DNA of 63,990 nt, counting the filler, from Choristocarpus tenellus KU-1152 (lineage: Eukaryota > Protista > Phaeophyceae): the NCBI GenBank assembly GCA_964200185.2. It is 8 parts of 8 records of this genome, joined end to end, with 100 filler letters (N's around TTAATTAATTAA, not from the genome) between each part and the next. Parts side by side here need not be neighbours in the genome. Positions count along the whole stretch, not along the records: positions 50,233 to 54,157 come from CAXNAD020017113.1; positions 54,258 to 61,362 come from CAXNAD020006691.1; positions 61,463 to 63,990 come from CAXNAD020027044.1; 5 more parts are not named here. The stretch is one strand, 5' to 3'. Within the stretch, counting starts at the first letter, position 1. Every line of letters starts with the position of its first letter. A program made the translations under genes and the position numbers. The notes under the pieces are model-generated. The model ran no database searches. It saw only the letters and a program-made list of their open reading frames with translations, and had not been told where the DNA came from. This document shows, one piece after another, positions 54,031 through 63,990 of the stretch.

Positions 54031-55733
54031 GTGAGTGTCTATTTGTAAGATTTCACCCCCTCTCTATTTTTTCTTGTGTCTGTCTGTGTGCGCCCTCCCC
54101 CCACCGTTATACCCACCCCTTCATAAGCCAACTTATCAATGTCAATTCCCCCCTCCCNNNNNNNNNNNNNNNNNNNNNNNNNNNNNNNNNNNNNNNNNNN
54201 NTTAATTAATTAANNNNNNNNNNNNNNNNNNNNNNNNNNNNNNNNNNNNNNNNNNNNTTTATGTATTACCATTGCAATAGTTGCCCATTTCTCCCTCACC
54301 TGATTTTCTAGTGATGTGAAGGGGGACATAAGGAGGGTAGAGACACTGTAGATGTGGTGGATGTGAAGCAATGGTGATGTTCTGCATCACTGAATCGGAA
54401 GTTGGGTGGGGGGGATTGTTTTTGCGTTGATGCGGACAAAAGTGAGGAGGGGGTTGGTGTCATCTGTCAAGTCAGATTCCTTTTTGCTGTGAACTGGAGA
54501 CAGGGTGTGTGTTTCAAGCTAATTTCGCCTAAGCAGTTCTGATGCTGCCATTCCAGATCATTTGCAGAGGAGTACGTCCATTGTTTCTAGGGTTCAAGTT
54601 ACTATTTGACAAGAAAAGGGCGTACCTTTAATCTGAATGTATGTCACATGCACACACAAACAACACCAAGAATCTCCAACATTGTACAGGATATTTTATG
54701 AATGGCAGCAGCCAGTTGAAGATTTTTTGACTGGGCACTGGAGTAGTCAGTGCAGCATCAGACTTCAAAATTTTTGCTCTCATGTACAACTTGGAGGAGA
54801 GGATCTTGCATTGTTTCTTGAACTTGCCCTCTCTATGCAAGTTTTTGCTATTTTTCATGCTTGTATACTGGTGGAACAGAGAAATGAATGAAAATGCCCT
54901 GAAACATCTGTAAGGGGGCGTACAGCTTTCCCCAGCAACTCTGTGCCTTTATGGAATTGCTCTGTAGCACCCTGTAAAAGCTTGATCACGCAACAACTCT
55001 CAACAGCAACACCATTGATACCCTATGTATTTATATTATTGTATTGCGATTTCTTTGAATCTCATTCCTATCTCAGTTCCACTTAAAAAATGAAGGTATT
55101 TATTCACTTTTGAGGAGTTGCTTAAACCAATGCATTCACTCATGACCATCTCAACATGATGCTTGCCAGTAGACAAGATAATACTGGGACAGCTTGGTCG
55201 ACACAAAGATGGTACAAGTGGAGAGGTCCAGGGTGTAGACGTTTCTCTTGCTGTGTACAGAGTCCCCTTCACATGGTAACAATATTGTACTGTCAACCAT
55301 TCTTCTGTAACAGAGCATTATCAATAGTGTGAATCAATTGATTTGGGGTACTTTTCTGGTGGCCATCAGAAGCCGTCAAAAATCTGCCATGCTATTCCTT
55401 GCTTGATTCTAAGCAGTCATAGATTGGCGCTGTTCAGCACCTCAGTATTGGGGGGGTTCCTCTTCTACTATGGTTGGGTTAGCATAGGTAGACTAGATGC
55501 TAAAAGTTGGGTCACTTTTTAATAGAAATGAAGTGTTGGGGCTTTGTTTATAATTTATATTGATGTAGTAACGGTTTTCAAGACCCAGCTCATTGCTTAC
55601 CTCAGTCTTTGTAACTTGCACTCATCAATATTAAAATCAAGATAGTTTGAGCAAGCCCTAGTACCAAGGTTAATGTTATCCTGTAGAGTAGACTGTTGGA
55701 CACCCAGCTGATTTGCCACGGTATGCTGTATTA

Positions 55734-56130
55734 ACAGCCGATTTCAAAAATTGAGGATGGGCTCGACCCAAAATTGACTGGGATAAAGTGACGATATGTT
55801 TTTTTTTGGTATTTTCATTTAAAACAAAAAACGTATCTACACTTTATCCCAGTCAATTTTGGGTCAAGCCCATCCTCAATGAAAAGCTCCATCGTCAATT
55901 TTTGGAATCGGCTGTTTATTGTGCAGTTTTTCGTGGGAATCTTTTCATGGGTATCTCATAATTCATCTATATTGATGCCTTTGCGGTCAGAGTTTCCCTT
56001 CTTCCACATACAACAGCCGATTTCAAAAATTGAGGATGGGCTTGACCCAAAATTGACTGGAATAAAGTGTCGACATTATTTTTTTTTTGAATGATGAAAA
56101 GCTCCATCCTCAATTTTTGAAATCGGCTGT
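55734..56130. mobile_element. Two copies of a palindromic (foldback) MITE: 55734-55915 and 56013-56130
   Basis: TIR acagccgatttcaaaaattgaggatgg / ccatcctcaatttttgaaatcggctgt. Copy 1 has a further ~35-bp internal inverted arm and TTA on both flanks. Confidence 0.8.
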
Positions 56131-57314
56131 TATACTGAGGATCCGTAACACCAGCATCCTTTTTGGTCCTGAGTTTGCATCCTCTACCTAGAATGTGTGG
56201 CTGTCGGCGTGATTTGTTGGTGGGTGTACCTCAGAGCTCTGAAGATGATGCATTAATTGTAACACATGGGCACATACCACATAACATATTCTTGCTCTCC
56301 TTACCCTACAAACTGCTCCAAAGTACTAGGAGTACCTCCTTCAGCTCATCCTCAGTCAAGTCACTGCTACAAGTTTTTGCGCCTTGAAGGACCTTCGCGA
56401 TCGTTACACTCATTTCGCCATGTGTCAGAACCTTTCTTTTGGTAATCTCAGGCATGTTCTGATCGACGGGTGAGAGGAGTGTCAGGATGGAACTCCTTCG
56501 GCTAGGAATTTCAAATTATTTTCACTATATTATTATTAATGTCAGGGATAGGTTCCTTTTGGGGATTTCCCACACACACTTTTTGTAAATACGTCATATA
56601 CACATTTGCGCGCGCCAACCACCTCATTGAAGTTGCCCATACCGACCAGTCCAAAAAAAACAGACTAGTCCACAAGATCCAGATTTGACCGAACAGTCAG
56701 AACGAAGAGCCATTCCGATTCTGACTGATCCGTTTTCCTGCTGTGATGTTGCTCAGTCATTCTGAGACATCTGTTGCACACTAAGGGTTTTGATTCTGTT
56801 CTGAATTTCCTCAACTGACGTTGGGATACTGGTCCAAGACCTGTGAAACTCGATCTCACCCTATCAGGTGGAAGAGTTCAGTCTGGTGATTGTGATTGCC
56901 CCATTGTGCAGAGAACTGTTGAGCCTTGACCCTTCCACAGTGGTATTAACACCGAGTGTTCAAGAGGGCTAAGCATGCTTCTACATCATGACTGACCCAA
57001 TCGAGAACTTACGAAACACGGATAAGTGGGCCCAATTCCACTTCCACTTCCACTAATAAGGAGAAGACATCCGTAAGGAAAGAGAAGAAGAAAGTAACTT
57101 CCAGCATCGCAACTGAAGGAGTTAAGGATGGGGGAAACTATAATACCCAATCTCCATCGACTCCTGCGCCTACACACATAGACAAAGGCACCCCTGGTGC
57201 CTTGCTTGAGCAGGAAGGGGTGGCGGAGCAGCAGCCGAGGGAAGGCCCTGCCCGTAGCTGAACCAGTTTAGTGTGCTGTCATAGGACCAAGAAGAGACTG
57301 GCGGAGGCAGTACG

Positions 57315-60300
57315 ATGGAGACGATCATCGCTCAAACATACATGGATCGACAACTTGTGTACACCAAGAAAATTGTGGATGAGGCTAATGGGGGGACCCC
57401 TCATGACCACGCTGTAGTGGTGGCAGTTATGCAGACCTTAAATATGAAGATGAGTACCCAACAACCCGAACCCAATAGTTTTACTTCACCCATCCCACAA
57501 AATGCAAGCTGCCTTGGTATCAGGTACACATTGCACAAAGACCTACCCTCAATACGTTTTTGGGATATGGAAGAGCAGGGTTACCCCTCGGTTCTGAATT
57601 TTGGGAAATTACTCACCATTTTTAAAAGCCGTGTAGGCCAGTGCCATGGTTAACGGTCAGTCTGTTGACCCATCTCATATAACCAGATATGATCAAATTT
57701 TGGGAGATACGTCCATGCGCCTATTTCAACACCAGATCCTTAAAGGAACGAGCGTGGACCAAGCACGTGTTCGATCCTTCTATGAAAACCTCAATGTTTC
57801 TTAATGGGAAGATCTTGCCAAGTCTAACACCAAGGAATTTTCGGTTCCTAATCATGTGCAAAGAACATTTCCGAATATGTATTGGAATGCGACTGACGTT
57901 CGTCGAGAACCTAAAGAGGATGTCCGAGGTTTTGTAAGACGAACGACTGAGTCCATAGACATTTTTGTACGTCAGTTGAGACTTAATCCCCAATGCCGGG
58001 CTGACCTCGATCTAGTTGAGCTCACCCCTACCCAATTGATTATCCTGCTCACTGACCGCCTTTGATACTGTTCAGTTAATGTGGGTGTGTTGCCGTCAAT
58101 CCTTGGTGTCTTACGTTCAACTCCTCAGCCATACGAGAACTTTGCCACATTGGTCGATGCCGCCGTGTCAAGTATAAACCATGTCGAGTTTTTACAGGGG
58201 ATCGTTTGCTCACGTACTCACATCAAGCATCTCTGTTGACAACTTGGAAAAATTACAGATGGCAGACCACAGATTTCTGATGTGCCCCCTGTTGACTGTT
58301 GCGAAAGGTGTAGCCATGGATTGAAACAGGTCCCACGAGAGATTCGCTAACTAAAGGCAAAACGTCGTACCCCTGTGCCTGATAAGACACAACGAGCGCT
58401 TACGTCCACAATTCCCGAGCCCCATGATTCACGCCCGATATACAAGTTCAACGAGCGCACAGCTAGGTTGCAACGTGGATATACAACGGACACATGTTGG
58501 GCCAATCCAAATGGCAGTAACTGCCAACTGGAAAAAAGATTCTCGAGCGCCCAAGGAAATGGGATTGACATGGTGACACACCGTTCGCCTAGTTTCGGCG
58601 CTTACTGCACAACTTACTGCCACCTCACTTCCGACTCCGGCGAGTTTAACCTCTGACAAAGACAATAACGAACCTGGCGAGAAGGATACGAGGACAAATC
58701 GGAACTAGGGGTGCCCTGCAGGGCCCGTTTCCCCAGAACCTGCAGGGTTCGAAGATCACAGAGCAGCTAGGGACTTGCTACTTAGGGCAGACACAAATGT
58801 TGAAGTGCTACCACCTAAGGCACGACTTTTTAATAATTTACTGTCAGCAAGCCAAAAATTGCCACAAGCATGTGACAGAATGCTGCACCTGCTATTTGTT
58901 GCTCCTTGCAACCTCTTTTGAGTGTGGGCGAAGTTTCATATCAACCTTAAATGTGTTGCTCTACTTTTTCATACTGCTGACACACATCAGCCACCCAACA
59001 TTATTCTAACTTCCCTCGCGTGCTGAATGTTTTATCACGCCACATACGAATTCCTGGTATGTACATAATGAGCCTCTATTGAATATTACTGCTGATACTG
59101 CCACTGACATTCCAGTAATTTCGCTCAGATACATTCAGGCCCACCAAACGTTTTGCAAGGCATCCATTCGGGAGATTCCAGCAGCCGCTCTGAATTAAAA
59201 ATGAGCGGGTAGTAGACCTCTATCTGTTCGTGGTTTCATTCAATTTACGCTAAGTGACATATCAATGGCAGTCCAAGCAGTTGTCACACCTAACTTTGGA
59301 GTAGATCAAATTTTATTGGATAACAGCATCACCAGCTTTTAGGGCAGTGCTAGATTATTGGGATAATAAGGAGGAATTGTCATTCAAAGACAGTGATATA
59401 TGCATTCCAGCAACTCACAAAATTATACCACTTCCCATCTGTTCCTCCCTAAGACATGTTTGTCAGACTGAAAAATCATCACTCCATATTTCAATTTCAG
59501 TGTGATCATATCCGAATTCACTACACCAGTGCATAAAGAAAAAAGATACACCTTAACCTGGCATGGAAATGCTCATCCCAGCTTGTTCTTACTCACTCAG
59601 AGGAAAAGCTGCTGATGCAGTGGTGGAACCTATTCATATTGGCACAGACCCTCAGCAAGAGAATGATATACATCCCCACTGGCATATTATGGTCAGTCGA
59701 ACCCCCACTCTCTGAGAGGAAGATGCAACATGTTTAGTCAAAAATGCCAATTTATCTCAAAAAGGGGTCAAGCTATCAGCGAATTTTGTAGTTGGTGGTC
59801 ATATCTCCCCTTTGTCAACCACACATTCTCTTTCATATGTAACCACAAGTAAATGTAGTTGCAGCCACACTTCTACTACTCCTGAAGAACTGAAAAAATG
59901 TTAGGGACTATTTGAAGATTTTTGTAGGAAGGCGTTTGCAAACACACAACTGACGTGTTTTGAGCAAGAGGAATTTCTAGATATTGTTGCTAAATTCTGT
60001 CCAGTCTTTTCATTTTCTGAAAATCAACTAGTTTGCTGCACCATTAGATCTGTTAACTTTCCACGACGACTCTAAGGGACTAAACCAGTTTGTAGACCAC
60101 CGCATTGCGCAGCACCAAAAAAATGCGTCACCATTCGTCAATGTGTAACTGGTATGGAAAAGCAAGGCATTGTAAACTCTCATCTAGCCCATGAGTATCC
60201 CCTGTTGCCATTGTCGCAAAACCTGATGGATCTCCCCGTTCTGCGTGGATTTTAGAGGGATCATTAATAAACACTTGATACGTAATTCATGGCCTTTGCC

Positions 60301-61188
60301 ATCCATGGAAGAGCATCTATCCGCTCTGGGGGGTTAAAAATTCTTGCCTAGATATCCAATCAGCCTAGTGGCAACTATCAATAACTGAGGAATGCGAATG
60401 ACAAAAAAAATGCATTCATCACACCAGATGGGAAATATGAGTTTCAAAGGTTATCATCTGGATGGCTTTAACGTGACCCCCACAGTTCGTAAGGTTGAGA
60501 GTACCATAGTGATTAACTGTTTGTCGCGTGCCCAAGATAGGCCAAAAAGTATCATCTAAATATACCAGCAACCCAGAGCTAGTACAGGTTATAGAAATGT
60601 TTCAGACATGAAGCGTTGGAAGATCCACGGTGCGTTTGGTATACCAAGGCTCAATTACGTACAAAGTAAATCCATTATTTGGGACATGATGTTAGCCCAC
60701 AAGGAATAAATAGCTGTAGCACATGCTTGTATTGAAGCTGTTATAGAAATATATCCCCCTCAAACTGTGGAAGGCTTAAAATCGTTCCTAGGTTCTATGA
60801 ACTTTGTCAGGGAGTACATTTCTCACCTAGCAATAGCAACAGAACCGTTAGTTGAATTGATTCGCCATACACAAAAAGGGAACTTCAAAAAGAGAGCATA
60901 CCACCCCCAGGCGACAAAAAAGTGCTAGAGGCGATATTTCATCTTGATGGAATCGACCACAGCAAAATGCTTTTGACAAGTGCAAACGACTTTCAATCGT
61001 GACTCCAGTTCTACACTCTCCTGATTTTTCTAAGGAATTTTTTGTGTGTGTAGATGCCAGTAATGTTAGGACAGGGGCGTTTTTGGCCTATACAAATGAT
61101 GGCAATTTTGATATAATTGCATACCATAGTGCCTTACTTTCCCCCTCCCAGAGAAATATTCTGCCCCTCAAAAAGAGTGCTTTGCAGT
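57315..61188 (+). mobile_element. Ty3/Gypsy relic (gag, protease, RT, RNase H)
   Basis: Gag-like frames 57315-58660; PVAIVAKPDGSP.FCVDFR; FITPDGKYEF; LKSFLGSMNFVREYI; PVLHSPDFSKEFFVCVDAS. Confidence 0.85.
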
Positions 61189-61341
61189 GGCTCAAAGTAT
61201 CTATGGGGGGGGGGGACTGTCCATTCAGGGCCCATTTTTCCATGTTGCGATTTTTGGGTGAATTGGTTGCAGGCATTGGATGGATAATGTAAATTGAAGT
61301 GCGCTTCTCCTGATCAGGGCCCGAATGGACTTTGTTGTAGA
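61189..61341. mobile_element. Family B MITE inserted in Gypsy RNase H (right end lost in gap)
   Basis: ggctcaaagtatctatggggg...gtccattcagg...gaatggac...polyC. Confidence 0.8.
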
Positions 61342-61969
61342 TCCCCCCCCCCCCCCCCCAACNNNNNNNNNNNNNNNNNNNNNNNNNNNNNNNNNNNNNN
61401 NNNNNNTTAATTAATTAANNNNNNNNNNNNNNNNNNNNNNNNNNNNNNNNNNNNNNNNNNNNATTATTATTTTTATTTTTATTTTTCAAAAACCCCCCGC
61501 AACAAAAGGGACCTTGATTTAAAAAAAAACGCCGCCCCCCCCCCCCCCCCCCGTGTAAAGGTTCTTTTCTTACATGTACATGCCTACTGTTTTTCCAGAA
61601 GCAAACAGCCCCAGCAAACAGCCCCAGCAAACAGTTCGAACCAATGGTGATGTGTCATGATACACTCACTACCAGCCACTAGAGGTTTCTTAGGCTACTT
61701 GCTTCTTTTTATGCATTGAAATGCTTCTACCATTTTTTTTTTTTAAAGGAGACCTCGTAGAGATTTTATTGTTCCGGTTATTGTAGAATATATATACGTA
61801 CATAATTTTGTTTTAAGATTTCTAAAACTGGGATTGCATCGAAGATTCGCTAGTCTTTTTTATTGCGTTATAAGGGCAACAGTTCTTTTTTATTTGAAAT
61901 GGAGACAAAATTATCTTTTAAAAGATGGAGGGCGAGCATACATTGCATTTCGACAACTCTATGGCCTTC

Positions 61970-62100
61970 ACCATAACCCTAACTATAACCATTACTATAA
62001 CCATAACTCGAACTATCAACATAACCATTACCATAACCATAACCATACCTACAACAATTACTACAACTACAACCATAACCCTAACACTAACACTAACATC
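61970..62100. repeat. Degenerate hexamer microsatellite (CATAAC/CCTAAC-like), intronic
   Basis: Runs of cataac, tacaac and cctaac. Confidence 0.8.
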
Positions 62101-62160
62101 GTGAAGAAGCTCAGTCGCAAGACCTCCCCCCTTCTTAACTCTCCCTTCCCATCCCCGAAG

Positions 62161-62313
62161 CTGCCGGAGATGCTCCGCGTCTCTTTGGACGACATGGTCT
62201 TGCAGATACTCCTCCTGGACAAGGGCGACCCCGCTGTGTTCCTCTCATCTGCAGTGAACCCCCCCACGGAACTGGCAGTTCAGAACTCTATCAAGTACCT
62301 CTGTGAACTACAG
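62161..62313 (+). CDS. Internal exon of a DEAH-box RNA helicase (DHX29/36/57-like, winged-helix/HA2 region)
   Basis: aag|LPEMLRVSLDDMVLQILLLDKGDPAVFLSSAVNPPTELAVQNSIKYLCELQ|gt; 153 nt, phase 0-0. Confidence 0.85.
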
Positions 62314-63333
62314 GTCCGAATCGTGTCTTACCTAACACTTCACTAATATCAATTTTGTTTATTTTGGTGATGGTGGTGGTGGTAGTGATGGTGATGGTAT
62401 TCATACATGTTTTATTGTTGTTATTGGTGGTGATATAAAAAAAAAATTGCCCAAGTTTTATTTTTTTTCTCATTGTGTGAAGTGGTGTGAAGAGGCGAGA
62501 TGAGTAACGGTGAGAGCAGGGAGGAAGGATATGCCGTTTGTACGGAATTTTTTTTTTTTCAAGTTTGTAAGGGGTTAGGGTTAGTGTTGTTTTTTTTGGA
62601 TGAAAACAGCACAATGAATCTGTCTGTGAAGTCTTTTTTTTTCTTTTCCTGAGGCTATTCTTAGGGTTAGGGTTAGGGTCTTTTGCATAAGAAAAAAATA
62701 TTATCCTTAGCGATGCCCGTTTTTTTGGGATGTGATCCCTCTTTACACGAGGTTGAACTCGTTGTAAGAACTCAAAACTTCCAAAGCACAATATTAATGG
62801 TATTGTTGGTACTAATATTAAAGTAGTAACAGTAACATATAGTATACATTTTGTGACTCTAAAAACGGTAGCAATGATAATGATAAGACAGGGAGCTTAG
62901 TCTTAATAATAATAGTGATAATAATAATAATAATAGTAATAGTAGTAGTAGTGATATTGATAGTAATAATGCTTTTGTCTCTTAAAGAACAGTAACAATG
63001 ATAATGATAAGACAGGGAGGTTTGGGTACAAGTTTGCAGGGTGATGCAAAAGATCTGTACTTGTATTGGTTCGTGGTGATGTAAAATAAAAAAGTATGTG
63101 CTATCCTCTTAATGTTGTGTTTCCTACAGTGTCGCTGTTTCCATTCTATATTTTATTTTTATTTTGCTGATTTTGTTTTTGTTTTTGTTTCTTACGCGTG
63201 TATTTTTTTTTTATTGTGTGTGTGTGTGTGTGTGTGTTTGTGTGTGTGTGCGACAAAGGGTTTTTCAAAGTATCCTATTTCAGTTCGACTAGTACCGGTA
63301 CGATATTGGTTCACCTTTTTCCATCCATGGTAC

Positions 63334-63392
63334 TGAAGTACCAAGTACTACATTGAAACCATATGTTGAAGTACCAAGTACTACATTGAAAC
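63334..63392. repeat. 26-bp exact direct repeat x2 (period 33)
   Basis: tgaagtaccaagtactacattgaaac at 63334 and 63367. Confidence 0.85.
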
Positions 63393-63939
63393 TATAACGC
63401 ACTGTGTCAAGTATTGAGGTACCGATATTCCACTGGGGGAGACAGACAGTCATGCAACTCCCCCCCCCCCGGTGCAACAGTAGTATCTCTATGAATTGAC
63501 AAAATCAGATTTCGGGAACCTTCCAAACACAATCCGTAGGTCACAAATCCACTAAACTCACGCTCTCCCCAAGCAACCGTCTTGATTTTCGCGTTTATCG
63601 TGGACCCAGCACCCCAGCCCCTCCTCCTCTCTCCACATTCTACATTCTACATTCTACACATGATATTATACCTCTTTTTGGAGAGGGACTCCCCAGTACT
63701 TGTGTGTCACACCCATTAGGTGTGGGGAAGATGGTGTTGTCATTGTCACTAACCTCCTGTGAAGTACTTTGTTAGAGCGTCCGACCAACGCCCTCGAAGT
63801 AGTAGATAGGCATGAAGTGACTTGACACTGTCCAGTTACCTCAAGTTTGTTGAAGGTCCCTGCATGAGACAACCCTACACATCTGAAAATTGAGGGGGGC
63901 TTCATCCGCCCTTGCTGCCCCCCTGCCTTCCCCCCTCCG

Positions 63940-63990
<51 letters not shown>

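Noticed and set aside
61834-62160. N/H/Y-rich extension of the helicase ORF
   Set aside because: Intronic hexamer microsatellite read through in frame.
63334-63392. 26-bp repeat pair as a CRISPR
   Set aside because: Two copies with a 7-bp gap; a simple tandem duplication.
63939-63990. Terminal poly-A as a retroposon tail
   Set aside because: Lies at the sequence end with no LINE/SINE body or TSD; cannot be told apart from a homopolymer artefact.

Overview
Eukaryotic, intron-rich and TE-rich scaffold, probably a stramenopile and most likely a brown alga or close relative (inferred from gene and TE families, TTAGGG-like repeats and GT-AG introns). Several assembly gaps carry an artificial TTAATTAATTAA linker. 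Host genes: a 4-exon mitochondrial CGFS monothiol glutaredoxin (GLRX5-type), an ankyrin-repeat gene with no intron across the repeats, a large low-complexity multi-exon gene, a 3-exon HSBP1, a PH-domain gene and one exon of a DEAH-box helicase. Mobile DNA: three Ty3/Gypsy relics (two with chromodomains), one Copia relic, three plant/oomycete-type mariner relics, a palindromic MITE pair, and a Sola2-like system. The Sola2-like system is an intron-containing DDD transposase with two C-terminal Tudor-like barrels, plus about 19 copies or fragments of two related MITE families with 4-bp TSDs. One MITE insertion is confirmed by an empty paralogous site in the window. Most unusual items: (i) a degraded spliced ParB/Srx-like (DGQHR-type) gene whose main exon is bracketed by inverted copies of a 74-bp module; (ii) the Sola2 transposase-Tudor fusion; (iii) a CpG-deamination signature across the MITE copies.
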